Of a DNA stretch of 64,000 bases, positions 12,901 to 28,100 are shown piece by piece; positions within the stretch are counted from its first letter, which is position 1, and each line of letters opens with the position of its first letter. Source of the DNA: Antedon mediterranea (taxonomy: Eukaryota > Animalia > Echinodermata); NCBI RefSeq assembly GCF_964355755.1, contig NC_092680.1, positions 15,509,045 through 15,573,044 of the forward strand. Direction: 5' to 3'. A program made the position numbers and the translations under genes. The notes beneath the pieces were generated by a model. That model saw only the letters and a list, made by a program, of their open reading frames with translations, made no database searches and was not told the origin of the DNA.

Positions 12901-15900
12901 CACACCTGGAATGAACCTAAGTTTACTGTCTTCTTCTTATACCACACCTGGAATGAACCTAAGTTTACTGTCTTCTTTTTATACCACACCTGGAATGAAC
13001 CTAAGTTTACTGTCTTCTTCTTATACCACACCTGGAATGAACCTAAGTTTACTCTCTTCTTTTTATACCACACCTGGAATGAACCTAAGTTTACTGTCTT
13101 CTTCTTATACCACACCTGGAATGAACCTAAGTTTACTGTCTTCTTCTTATACCACACCTGGAATGAACCTATTTTTTTTTCTACACCACAATTACTACAT
13201 GCTTAATATTATTCTAGCATTTAAACTTTTGACTGAAATGTTTAGTTCGTTTTATATACACATGTTTGAGACCAGTATATCCATTTACACACCGTTTATT
13301 TCAACTTACCTTTAAAAATGTATAAGTTGGGCATTTAATTTGTATATATTTTCGGAGACTTTGTATATTCATAAATATGATACGGATATGATATAAATTT
13401 GATCTTTATTGAAATGTGTTTACAATCAACACAGATTTTAATATTTCATTGATTGATACACCAGTGGCATTCTGTACAGTGGTATCATATCCAGAGTCTC
13501 TTTAGTGGAAATTGTTTTTCCTATAGATTTTTACAAATTTTACCACTACACTATATAATTCCCATTATTGTTTAAATACACATAAATTATAGAGATATAT
13601 GTACATTACAGAATAAATAGATACATACAGAATATTGACCTACCGTATACCAGAAATAATAAGTACTTATGGCACATTTTGATATGCGACATTAAGTACA
13701 CTCTGTAAAAATTAAGTACACTGAACTTAGCACTGTACTATGAATTGCTCTAGTTACATTAGCAAACTTAATCTTTAAATGTTATTCGGTCATGGTTAGT
13801 TCTTATCCTTGCTTTTGTTAGTGTCATGATTCTAAATGGATTGTTTTCTGTAAAGCAAAAATATACTAGCAAGTTTAATTGCATCTTAATGCTTGCTGGC
13901 ATTTGTCTTTAGTCCAGTTATGATTGAGTGTGCTTTTTCTTAATGCCCCTCGGGCTAATTTGAATCATTCAGGTGGCAGATGGCGTGATAGGATATATTC
14001 GAAAACTACAACAGATTATGCCTAATGATAAAATATTTATTTATACAAATATTTGTATTCGTAGGCTTTGCCTTTTTTACTTGTTCTTACTTTTACTTTT
14101 ATCCATGTGTAAAAAAAATAGTGTGCGCAACTAAGCTAGAGTTTTATTTCATGCAGATGCGGGCATGCAGATGTTATGTTGCGTTGGTTACATTGCATTG
14201 CATTGCCAGTGGGAACCACGCTTTATAGGAGGCGCTCTGATTGAATTTTAATATTGTTGTCTTTCATTTATCTACTTTAGGTATTTTTTTAGAATTGTTT
14301 ATTAAAATTGGAGACCAATTTTGTCACAATATCAATAACTTTATTTATCATTTAAGGTAATTAAAAAAAAATTTTTAAATGCATAGATCCTACATACATC
14401 CTATTAAATATCATTTGGATAATATTTCATTTACAAAAATACACAACTAGCAAACTTCTGAAGACAATAAATATTAGACTGAAATTTGATGTATATGAGA
14501 AGAGAGATGGCAATTTATTTTAAATGGAATACAATTTAGTTAGCAACAATTTCTGTCTAGATGCTGCATAATTTCTTGTTCATTCTGTCATTATTGCACA
14601 TGTTTACTTCATTATTGTGCTTGGGTTATGACAAAATGCAATATGAATATAATATTTTAATTAAAAATGCTATTTAATATTGTTACTATGGTAATGTCAA
14701 ATAAAATTATCTATTTGACAGGTATTTTATGCTGAGCTGTAAAATTCCACAATAACCTTAAATTTAATCTCCCACCTTTATATTTAAAATCAGATTCTAC
14801 AGTCTGCCCAGCCTTTTAAGTATGAAAAAATAAAAATTTAAATAGCTAATCTTATACCAGATTCACAAATGCAACAAATTTTAATTTATTGTTCATTTTG
14901 TTTATCTGCTAAATTGTAACAGATTAGTTTTAAGTAAATAATTTTTTTGCATGGCATCCAATATTTGATATGTTTTAATTTGTTGTTTAATGAGTATTTA
15001 CTAGTATTAGATTGGGACGGAAACGAACATGATAACTGTATAGTATAAAATTCACTGTTGTTTACTGACACACCTAAGGCATCACTTTTACCAAATGATA
15101 TGTACAGTATAGCATATGTTATGACAACATTTGGTTTTCAATCCAAGAAAGGAAATCTATGGAAAAGTATTTCAACAAAATTTCCCAGCGGGCATATCAA
15201 CATTGATCAACCATTATTTTAACATTGATAAAACGTTGAAATCAGGTTGAAGTGTGAACATTCATGGTCGATCTACTGTACCTTGTCCATACAACGTCCC
15301 TATTCAACGTTGTATTAATTATGTTGAAATCAAGTTGGTTTCCGACAACTTAAGGTTGATCTACCTTTGCTGTACGATCTGTCATCGCTGAAACAACATC
15401 ACTATGTTGAAATCCGGTTGAAGTCTGACCATTTAAGGTTGATTACCGTCGTCAATACAACGAACGTCACTATTTAACATTGAAATCGGGTACAAAATCA
15501 GACATCTGTCGATACAGTGTCACTATTTAACGTTGATACAACACGTTAAAATCCGGTTGAAGCCTAACCATTTATTGTCGATTACCATTGTTGATACGTC
15601 ACTATTTAACGTTGATACAACATTGAAATCAGGTAAAAAGTCTGACAATTTAAGATCGATCTACCATCGTCAAAACAACATCACTATTTAAGGTTGATAC
15701 AATGTTCACAATCTGACAATTTAAACTTAATCTACCGACATCAATACAATGTCACTATAGTATTAATGTTGATACAATGTTGAAATCAGGGTGAAATCTG
15801 AAAATGATTGTTTTTCTCCGGCCTCATAAGTACCGATCCAACGTCAATCCAACATATTTTGCCCACTGGGTTAATCTTATAGGCACAAGTATAACAACAT

Positions 15901-18900
15901 AATATAAAGTTTTTTTAATACACAGTTGCCAGGGTTTTGGTGTCTTCTACAAATTCACTCTGATTTTAATGTCAAAATCTAAATTATCTTAAAGACTGAC
16001 CTGCATTTTTTGACGTTTTCCTAAAAATATTGCTTATAATAACTTAAAAATCATTAAACCAGGTCATTTCTTGTGTGCGCTCTGAGGTTAATTATGATAA
16101 AACAATGCACTACTTAAGTAGCTCACGTCAAAAGTTCTCTTGTAGAAGCCTAGCTTAGTTAGGCTTAGTTTTGTAGGCCTAGCTGGTAAAGAGCAGTAAT
16201 GTACAAACATTGTACGCTAGCTATAATAGACCTAGCCTGACGTTTGACTTTTTTGACAGAATCCGTTAATACAAACTGAAAAGTTACGGTTATTGTATGA
16301 TGGCGTTTACCCTTTCATGCATCACATCACGATACTAAAATATCAATCGGCACGCAAGGCATGTTGGAATTTATAGTGGGCCGCTAAAATCGACTTAATT
16401 TTTAACATTTTTCAATGTTTAAAGACAAAAAAAAATATCGCAATAAGTCCATATAGTATTTATTTTTACATAAAATTAGGTCAAAACATGTAGGTCTAGT
16501 GTCTTTAAGCATACTATTATTTGCATGGTAACTCTGACTACAAAATTATTGGGTACAAAAGTCAATTTCAGAAAAGGTTTTGATAGAATAGTTATGGTAA
16601 TTAAAGCTTGTCAGCTATAATACTGCCAAATCTTGTTTAGATTGACACGACTGTAATTAAGAATCTGAGGTATGCAGTATATTTATCGATTAAAGAAGAA
16701 GAAATTTAAAGGCTACTGTAGCTTTGTTTACAAACATCAAACTGAATCGGTAGCTTATCAAGCTACAGTGCTCACTCAGCAGTACAGAAGTTTGAATTTA
16801 TTGCTAGGAAGGATCCTGGATGCTTAATTAAAGGACAACCATATTATCCTCTGGCTGTAAATGTTCTATTTCTGAACTAATAATATTTAGTGCAGTACAC
16901 CCTCTATAGACACAATTTGATTTTGATGTTTTCACAGATTTACAGCTTTTCACTATTAACAAAACTTGTTATCACACAACAAATGTTAAATCTGTAGGCC
17001 CACAAGTATATAAACTAATTTGGCGAAGTATGCCCCATTCGATGTTTTATTCTACTGCTGCCCTCTATGGTGATAGAAATGATTGCATTTTTTCTTCTCT
17101 ACTAAAATCATTGAGGTAATTTTACCTCCATGCTAAAATGATATATCATCTCTTTTTAAAATCGTTAAAAATGTTGAATGTGTTGTTAAATTAGCCCCTG
17201 GACATGTGTAGTTTATTTTCTACTTTAAGAAAATGTGCATTTTGTAGACATACAAGCAGTTAATGTTTATGTTTTATTTTTATTGATAATAAGAACAACT
17301 TATAATGTTATGCATTTCCCAAAATAAACATACAATTTTATTTTAGCATCCATCATACAGTATTCCTTTAACCTCTTGAAGACACCAGGTTTCTACCCCA
17401 AGTGACTGAGGCTAAATAAGGTATTTTTAAAAGGTTTAGGAGAAATGCAAAATACATTTTTATGATTTATTGATTTCTTTACAATTACAACAGAATACGT
17501 AAAAATACAAAATGAAACAAAAAGCCAGGATTGTCAAAAGCGAACCTAATCACTGTTTAAAGACTTTCCTTTAACAGAAATAAAATATAATATAATATAA
17601 TATAAATGACGAAAAAAATTTAAAATTAATTAATTAAAATCTAAGACGTTATAAAAAAAATACAGCAGGGACCAGGTAAAATTAAAAGAAAAAGTGTTGG
17701 CGAAGACTAGTCTCAAATTTTTGAAATGTATGCAATTGTTGGTTTTATTATTATGTGAAATATTTTGGCTTTCCGAAAAATTGCTATTTTTTAACCTAGG
17801 TCAAAGGTCCTCGACGTAGAGTAAATTACGTATGAGATACGGACCACGTCTTCAAAGGGTTAATGTCCTGAACCATACATAAAACTTTCCAAATTGTATT
17901 TTTTCTGATTGTATAAATTATGTGCTGTAGTTATATATTTATTATTATATTATAAAAAATGAATTTTGTGGTTTTCAGTATGATGTTATGTTGTTTTTAC
18001 CTCACCAAGGCTTCTGAACAAACTAATTTCATTGGATGTTAAACATTAAAGGAGCCATAAATTTAGATTACCGTAGATAGCAGAAAAGTTGACATTTGGT
18101 AATATTAACCCTTTTTAGTAAAACCAAAAATAAAGAAGATCTTGTGAGGCTATTGCAAAAGACACAAAGAAAAACACAATTGCCAAAAAAACAGAATTCA
18201 TGTATTTATAAAAAAAATTGTTTTGTTTTTAAATATTGTCTTACAAATTATAATTTACGAGTAAAGTTTGGTTCAACAAATAAGCTCTACAATATGGAAT
18301 TCTCATATAATAAATGGCAAAATTCATGGATTGTACACATAGCAAAAATAAAACACGCTTTATAGGATAAACAACCAGTAGGCGGCTAATTGCCGACAAT
18401 ATTCTGTACTTAAATAGCATTTTCCAGGGCAGGATTAAAAGTTGAAAACGTTACTGTTGGAATGATAATACATATAATACCCATCCATCTGTTCATGATT
18501 TTTTTTAACGTTTCATTTTAAGTAGGTCTGCGTCCACCTGTATTAATACAGAACACAAAGAAGTGTAGATTATCATTATTTGTCTTCAACCATGTATTAT
18601 GTAGTGGATGTCTTTCAATCATCTTCATTATAATATTTCATAAAATCACTGTAGTGTGATAAACAGTAGGCGACTAGTGTAAAATTAGCATTGATGTTTG
18701 AAAATGTTGTTGTTTATAAATACAAATATTAAAGATCTATTTTCCCCGATAAAATCATAAATACAAAAAAAACAAAAATAGCTTTTGATTTTGAACAAAG
18801 GATAACATTTTACCTGTACTCCAAAACGAATGAATATAAATATTAACTGTTCAAGACGTTCCAACTTGTAAAGTAATGTTGCATACGCATATGTATGTTG

Positions 18901-21900
18901 TAGCTTCTAAAGCCTTCTTCGCACTGGACTTGAATAAATTTAAACCATGGTAGCTTTACCCAATGTTTTATCGAAAAATTTTACCATCATTCGTACTTTT
19001 CATGCAGTTAGTTTTACCGCAATTTTACCAAAATTGACTCGCATGTGTTAACATAAGTCACACTTTCGGATTGAACTTTTAGCTGCATGCTTAGTTTTAC
19101 CGAGACCATGTTAAGTTTTACTGGGCAGGCAGTGGTCAGTAAAAGTAACTATTGGACTTGGTTATGATTAGCCAGTGTTCGGATTAGACTTTTCCTGGTC
19201 ACTTTAGCCGATTATTCAGTTAATTTGACCAAATTTAGTCCAGTGCGATCAAGGCTTTTATCTGTGCTGCATATTTTAATACTGTATGCGCTAGTGCAAT
19301 ATGCTAAACATTCATACAAATGTATATCTAGGTCGTTCACTATGCATTCATTCGTACGTTATAATTAAAGCAACATCTACTTCATATATAGACATAGTGG
19401 GGTTATATTTCAGACTAGTATTTGCAGGCTGTGATGTTTCATACCTACTTCAAAATTAAAATAAAATTTAGCGCTGTTTAACGATAAAGTTAAATATAAA
19501 GATTTATAATGTTTAATACAAAATAGTTTTATTGATCCGTTAGCTGTGATTTTTATGTATGGAAGGAGTGACAAAATATCTTAAAATGCAACATATTTTT
19601 ACATAAATTCAGCATATGTATTCATCAAACTATGTACATTCAATGTTAATTTTATTTCAACCACACTAGCTGTATTGCATTGCAAATACTGTAACAAGAT
19701 GGTTTTCAAAATGGCCACGTGAATAAAAAATGCGTATTGTTTTGGTTTTTAGAATCATTACCTACAGTACTGAGGACACTGTGATTAAGCAGGTAGATTA
19801 TCACTAAACTACGATAGTCTACAGTTAATGAATGGTTAAAGATGAATACAATATCTATTTATTTGAGCCATTTCACATCAGTCAACCAAAATGTAACAAA
19901 GTAGTATATAGCATGCCATTTATTAATATTAATGTCACATGCAGTATATTAACAATTATTTAGTTCATGACAATAAAAATTGACAAAAGCATTCAATCTA
20001 TAAAACAACTTTAATTATTTCCATAATTTCAAAACAATAAATATGTTGAATAAACAATGTGTTTATACTGACTCAAACATTCCGTGTTTGCTTGGTATCG
20101 CTTAAGAGCATTTTTTTAATCATGATTTTTTTTGCCATCATAAATCGTGTGATTACTCCCTGGATACTAAGTGATACTTACTATTCTCCGATTTAATATT
20201 ACTTGCCCAGTTAGACACCACAATTACTTTACTGTACGCGGTCTAATCAGACTTAAACTACGCTTGTTGACTTCGTTAGCTAACAGACTGTAAGTATAGT
20301 TACCAAGGTCTGGCTAAGTACTGTAGCATGATATGACCAGTATGGGTTTTTTTTTTCTGTTACTGATAAGCAATCTTGACCCATGTCATAATATTAAGTG
20401 TATTAAAACAAGAGTGACACTCTTGTGTACAAGAGGAATGAATATCAAACAAAAACTATCATAAAGGAAAGGATTTTTTATTTTATTTATTTTATTTCAA
20501 CAATATTTTATGAGGGTGGTCCATCCAGCATCAGCTGATCATTAGGGACCCTCAAACAAAACAAACAGTAAATACAAAATAAACTATAAAAACACAAAAT
20601 TAACAAAGATATAAAAAATAAATATATATATATATATATATACAAAATATACTATATCATTTTGTTCCATATGGGCCTGTTTTTGTTGCCAAATAGATAC
20701 CGTATTCTAGAAAACTGCAAAGAGCAAGTGAGTGGTGCGAGCAGATCTAGCATAAAAAACATATTTTTGATGACGCAGGGCCTTCCCTTAAAGACAAACA
20801 AAATGTCTATATTTACAACACTTCTTATTGAATAAAAAAAAACCCCATTAATTTCATGTTTTAGTTTTATTACAGTATATGAATGACGAATTAAAATATG
20901 ATTGTTAATGTTATTTAAAAAGGATCTACTGTACAAAATGCTACTGTTATCATAGCATGGGTATTTTAAACACACTTTTGATCCATTTATGTGACCTTTT
21001 GATGACATCAGATTTCAATTCACATCATTATCTATGTAACTGATGATGTAATTTATCAACCTGAATGACTTATAAAATATTTATTAATTAGTATGCTACA
21101 TTCTATGATAATATATTGTACAACCTTTTAACAAGTTGGTCATGTGATTTTGGTAATACTGTGATAAGACAAATTGTATAGTAGAAATATATATTTTTAA
21201 ATTAAAAAAATGTAAAACCTTCACAAAAAAATCAAGCTAATTTACTAATTTGTAAAAAAAGTCCTAAGCTATAACAGAGCCCTCACAAATCAATGATGAG
21301 TCTAATATTGTGTTGTCCCTGCAGCATATACTCTGTCTTATCTTGATGTGCTTGGTGCCCAACCATGGGACAATAAAAAGTTACAGGAAAATCTCCAGCC
21401 GATTGCTCATTCTTTTGATATATATTCTTTGGTTTATTTTGAATTCAAATTTTGTAAATTTTCATAAATAAATACATGATGAATGTTCATTTTATTGAGT
21501 CTTTCGTCGAAATCCGTGACAGTTAGTAATAAATTACATTAAAAGGTTTCACCAAAACATGTCTAAATTTTTTTTAATACGAGGATCAGATTATATGGAA
21601 GAATGTGCACCAATTTATTCTTGTAATCAACTTACCTTGATTTTGACAAAAGTACTCAAAGACGTGCGACAACGTGACATATATTTCATTTAAATCTCGG
21701 AAAATGTTAATAACATAAAGTGTTGCTTGTAAATTTTCAATCAATTAAAGATCTGAAGGTGAAAGTCTTTAGTAACATGGTTATAGGTAAAAGTAATCAC
21801 AGTGAGTGGTCTGTATGTTTATTGTTAACGTTGTTATGCGGATCTTTTGACATAACATTATAAACTTGTTAAAGTGTTTGCATGGCACATAGTAAAGCTT

Positions 21901-22151
21901 TCCTTTACTTACTCAAAAATAAGTTGTAAACATAAATAAAACATAATACTGTATATCATGAGAAGGGCAAAAAAAAGTCAATCAAGTTCAGCCCCTAAAC
22001 ATTTAAAAATAAATATTTAAATAAATCTGGACTCAGTACTTTTCTAAACTTTAATATACATAAAACATGTTTTGGCCCTAATGTGGATGAGCTCACTATA
22101 TAACAATACATACATTCACAAAACAAAAACAAAATAAAAATAAATGTTATT

Positions 22152-22189
<38 letters not shown>

Positions 22190-25100
22190 CAGAAACAACA
22201 GCAGAAACAAATCCGCCACTTACAGCTTGGTTTAACAGATACAATACAGTTACAACAACTCAGAAACACTTAAATTACGACGAAACAGATAAAGATTGGA
22301 ATAAAAAATGTCAATATGGGGATGAGCCTGGACTAAACTATTATAATATAAACTTAATCTACTGATGTAACCATTTTTGAGAACATTGACTCTACAAAAA
22401 GGAACACAAAGGATAAAAATAAAATAAAATAAGTGTTTAAGTGTTTACATTGCACATAGTAAAGCTTTCTTTTATTTACCCAAAAATAAGTTGCAAACAT
22501 AAAATATCATGGGAAGGGCAAAACAAAATAGTCAAAACTAATCAAGTTCAGCCCCTAAACATTGAAAAATAAATATTTAAACTTAATATACAGTATACAA
22601 AATTTTTGGACTAAATGTAGATTTTCACAAAAAAGTAATGTTCACCAATGTTCTTGTAAAGTGTGTGATAGCTATGGAGCAGGAAGCATTCAAGACATGA
22701 CTGATGCTCACCAGTGTTCAACTTAGATCAAATCCTGGTTGCTGACGAGGGAGTATCCCTATAATTTGGTTTTGGTTTAGCTTCTTTTTTTCTGAGTTTG
22801 TATGTTTGGTTGGAGGTTTCAAAACATTTACATAATAAATCATAGATATTAATTAATTCATCTTATCTCATCTCATAGCCTATTTCACCCACTGCTGTGT
22901 GAAGGCCTCCTCCAGCTGTTTCCATTTAGTTCTGTTTCTTGCCGATCTTTCCCATGTTGCCGTTTCCATGTAAGTTGTTATGTCGTCACGCCATCTTCTT
23001 TTTTGCCGTCGTCTTCTTCTTCTTCCTGTCCTCGGCTGCCATTCATTCAATCTCTTCGTCCGCCATTCATTCAATCTCTTCGTCCGCCATTCATTCAATC
23101 TCTTCGTCCATCTATTGTCGTCTCTGGCTATTAATATTAATTATTATTACACAAATTATTGTTTGTTAAAGAACGATGAAAAGATCTTGATTGACTACAA
23201 AAAGCAAGTGACATGAGCTGTCAATTAATTAATACAACTTATTGTTGAAATAATTCCAAAATTATAATATTATTTTTATTATTTTAAAATCATGTTAACA
23301 ACTGCCAAAACTTATTGTTAAAATGATTTTAAAATAATACTAATATTTTAAAATCATTTTAACAATAAGTTGCTGCTGTTATAGTTATTATTTTTGTATT
23401 AATTATAACATGACAGCTGGCACTTGCTTTTTGTAGTCAATCAAGATCTTTTCATCCTTCTTAATAGCAAACAATAATTTGTGTTTAATAATTAAAGAAT
23501 CAGCCTTGGCAATTGATAGAGCAGCCAGAGGGTGCGATTGCTTTAGGACTTGCTACTTTTACAAACGATCCCAAACAATAGCACTTTACGCCTACACATC
23601 TATAGAATAATCAAGAACAATATAACAAGTGTAATACTGATACTGGCATGTTGTAGATCCCTAGGGACGTTTTAAGGTACAGAACATCAAAGAATGAAGG
23701 CAATAAAGAATTGCAAGGGAAGATAAAAATGCAGATATCTTCTGTCCTGTGTGTTTATTATTACAGTATTTAAGTCACAGTACTGTATATGTATTTTAAA
23801 CCAACCTCAAAGTGCAAAGATAATCCTAAACAAAATTAATATATAATAACAGAATTAGAGTCAATTCATATTTTGCTTTAATTTTTGTAAAGAATTCTTT
23901 ATTGCCAAAAAAAAGGCTGCATACAAAGACAATCAGGTACAACACAGGTCAAAGGGAACTGAATGCGAAGAGCCTATGTTTCCCTCATATCCCAGTGATA
24001 CACCAACACCTAAAGAAAATAAAATATATAATTCAAATTTAAAAAAATCATAAAATAAAATGTCAATAATATAAAATTATAAATACTGTATATACACATT
24101 TTTATTTTTTATAATATTTGAGGGAGTATTTCTTTACAACAATGATATGTTTATATACGGTATATAAACTGTATATAAACTATATAAACAAATTTGTAGC
24201 TAATTTTTGTGAAAGAAATCAAGTTATATGTATTGTATAATATATTTTTTTATAGTTTTTTTCATACAACTTAGAGTTGAAAATAAATTTATTCGGTTTG
24301 TAGTGAATATTTGCCTAGTTTAGAAATAGAAATAAAAATTTGTGCTAAATGAATTATAAAAACAATTGTTATTGGTTTTTAAATAGAGACTAATGGAGTT
24401 TAGATTATTGGACAAAAAAATGTATGTCAATTTTCAGTAAATAGGCCGATATATAATCATTAGACCTCTCAACAATTAACTTTGTTTATTAACATCCCTA
24501 TCAAAGTTGGAGTTTTGCTTCTAATGAAGATTGAAATTCATTCAAAACATTGTTTATTATTCTGCTGATGAACAAGAGTAAGCGTTGACGGCACAGCATT
24601 CCGCTGGTTGCCAGTTTATCACTCTCTCCAGGCCTCTTCACTGATTTGTTTAAATAATTTCACCAGTCAACAGCTAGGCCTCTTATTAATTAAAATAGTG
24701 AGCATGGTCAGTTAATTAGCTGCTAGCCTGGAAGAAAGACTAATAAACGAAGAATCAATTAACGTGTAGCTAGCTTAGGTATGACAGACCTCCTGGACCT
24801 GGTATACGAGAAAAATAAATTGAATTTGAATTAATTTCAAAAGAAATGGATCTGTATTGTGACAATACAACTCAAATATTTAAATTAAAATGAAATTTGT
24901 CTGAAATTGGAACACAATAAACTAAATTGCAATGCTACCAAGAATGAATACAATAAATGATTTTACTTTATTGTATACGTTTTAGCAAACTCATAGATAT
25001 GTTAGTTCACCATAGTTTCAGTTGCTTTTGATTTTGTGTATAGATTATACTGTAGTAAATAGTACACTCTGCGTTTGTTTATGTCGGCATCTACAGTTTC

Positions 25101-28100
25101 TATGAAATGTTGAAAATCGGAGAAATTCAAGCATATGTTTAAACATATAGCATGCTTCTTAAAGCTAGGCAATATACCTCATAATTTATAATCAGTTATT
25201 TCTCAAATATGTAATGGCTTAATTGTTCTGTGTTTTTTAATGTTTTTCTTGTAGGACATATTGCATGGAATGCATCTACCACGTTATTGGATACAGCCCC
25301 CATTATTGTTGAAAAAACATACATTTTATGCTCATTATTTTATATTTTTTAATTCTTGATTGTGTTTTTCACCTTTGGATATCAACTATCAGGCTGTGGG
25401 TGGGTGTGTGGGTTTCTGTAAGGTGGATGCGTGGGTCTGATTTGTATAACAGGTTGGAATTGAAATTAAAGGACTTGAAAACTAATTTGCAGTTGTTTTG
25501 CATTTGTAATATCATTTTTAATCTTACGATTTATTGTACCATATTAACAAAATATATTCCATGGAGAAATATTAAAAACTTAAATTTATATATTGTAAAT
25601 TTCAAGTCTAACTCTAATGTTTACTTGGCTTAAAATTTAAAATGTTGTTGTTGTTGTTTTAACGTTTTCCGTCTTCCGACATTACGCTTTCCACAATTTG
25701 TTTCCATTTGTTTCTGTTTATGGCAGGATGGTTTGTTATTGTGTTAGTGTCTACTTGTCCTTGTACAGTAGGTCTTTCTTTATTTGATTATTTGGAAACA
25801 AATAAAGTGTGGAAAAAGACTATTTGATGTTATTTTCCCGGATGTTATGTAGTGCGGCGTCACCCAGCACTTCCGGAATCAATTTAATTTATAATAAAAA
25901 CCTTAAATTTAAAAAAATGTTAAACCAACACATGAATGCATTGTCAGGATTGAGTGAAGTTTTCAACAAAAGACCAACAAAAATCAAACTATCTGAATAC
26001 TTAATGTGTAATAATGATTTCTTCATACAGTAGAACGCTTCTTTTGGACTCTTTATTTAGGAAACGCCATAAAACACCTTGCCGTGAATAAACGTCAATA
26101 CAGTACATGTTTTAACACAACGGCCAAACCTATTCATGTAACATCCTAGAGGACAATTGAAACAAACATGCAACAATATGTTTTTACTACAGCCAACCCT
26201 ATTTAGGATCGAGACACCACTATTAAAGGACACCAAATGGTTTACTGTATGTAAGGATGAACCTGAAGATTTATATCATTTTATGTTAAATTGTAAAGTA
26301 CTACAAGAAGTGCGAATTTCAGAATTTGAATGCTTGGAACAAAACCTTAATGATTCTGGTCTTTCAGATCTATGGAATTCACTCCAGTTAAATAATTCAG
26401 AGGTTATCTTAATGATTATACTTGGTGGTGATTGTTCTGTTCTCATTCCAACAATGTCGATTAATATGGTAAACAAAGCCCATGACATTCTTGATAAATT
26501 CTGCAAATCATACCTTAAGAAAGCATGGGCCTTTAGACAACGTATCAAGTCTAACATTATCGAATGATTTTTTTATATTTTTTATTGTATGTAATTTGGT
26601 TTGGTTATCTTACTTTGTTCTTTTTCTTTTTTTATAACAATTCTGTTTACAGTCATCAAATAATTCACCACAGCTGAAATAATTTAATCTATGCTTTCCT
26701 GTTTATTGATGTCCCTAATTTGGGTTCCTAATTGTTCCTTATTATTTTTGCTGGTAGACACTGTGTATCAAGAATGTGTATATCTTAACATAGATTCTAA
26801 GTACTGTATATTCCTTTGTTCATATACTAATTGATATGCTAATTTAGTGTCCAAGCTTATGTATGTGGGTTGCATTTAATTGGTTTTAGTATTACAGTTT
26901 ATTTTTAATTTGGTTTTATCGAACTTCCGTTTTATCTGAGTATTATCTGTTTTAATCTAGTCTATCTTTATTTTTATACTCATATATTTTTATATTGTAT
27001 GTTTAATTGTTTTAAGGATGCACCATTATTATGTGTGCCGCTGTTCAAAAAGCGTTTTCCAAAATAAATTATTATTATTATTATTATTATTATTATACCT
27101 TACATAATCATATTAAGTAAGTTTAATTAACATTAATAATTCTCTTTTTAATTTATCTTGATTACAAATTAGACCAATCATTCTTTAACTTTATCTTACA
27201 TTTGTATAACAATGAAATTCCACAAACAAATAATTAAACCGCAATGTATTCATTGCATTATTTATTTAGCTCCAATCAATTGTTATTATTCATCATGATA
27301 GATGCCAATTAGCGTTAATTATTATTTGTAATTAAACATTCCAAACACATTGTTCAATAGGTCTTTTAAATTCTTGATTTGCCTGCTTTGTTCAGCTATT
27401 CTTAATTAGGTTTGGATGAAGTTGGTTCAGTTCTTCACGGTTGGCTGAACTGAATGTGTTTTGATCAGCATTGCCATATGCCATTATAGTTATATTCATA
27501 TGATAAAATGTGGTGTTCCAAGGTTAGAAAGTGACAAATTTTGATGCTCATTTGATGACCATCTTATGCTTAAGTGCTGAATATTTAAACCCTACATAAT
27601 GGGTTTTATTTCAAACAGAGCGCAACTATCAATATGCAAATCTTGTTTTTGTTTCCTCTCATTTGCATATTTAAAAAACAAATTTGATGGATGCAACGGT
27701 TTATTTTCAAGACTTTATTTGCATATTGTTTAAAGTAATGATTTCACAGATACAAACTTCCGCATTATACTTCAAATAATGGCCTATGATTGGTCAATTG
27801 AATACCAGGGTAATAATTACAAAGTATCACTTGTGTGTTCTTCTAATGAAGAAAATAATGTCTCCTGTTATTGGTGGTTTCATCGATGTTGGTTGTGAAC
27901 TGAATAAAAAAATGTTAAAAAAATACAACAAATTGCATTCACACTGCTTGAATTGAACATGCAGTACTATTTGAAAGTAACTAATCTGGATACTTTTAGA
28001 TGTCTAAATTCAAGCCACATCACACAGCACGGTTGCAATGGCTGGGTGCATCATGTTTGACTGCCCTGCTAACTCGTTCGCGATGAAGTATTTAAACTAG

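Noticed and set aside
12358-13315. 228-282-aa ORFs in three frames
   Set aside because: By-products of a stop-free 39-bp minisatellite; open on both strands.
21325-21467. Third possible ULK3 last exon (phase 1, ending ...FKFCKFS*)
   Set aside because: Adds 47 residues with no ULK3 similarity and CKFS is a poor CaaX; likely chance, though RNA-seq could test it.
22742-22765. Hammerhead-like CTGACGA followed by gggagtatccc hairpin
   Set aside because: No GAAA after stem II, so the core is incomplete.
24565-24600. CTGATGA motif as hammerhead or C/D box
   Set aside because: No stem II/GAAA and no convincing C/D terminal stem.
26157-26567. 136-aa host gene nested in the ULK3 intron
   Set aside because: Better explained as the C-terminus of a LINE ORF2 (zinc-knuckle motif, no proper start).
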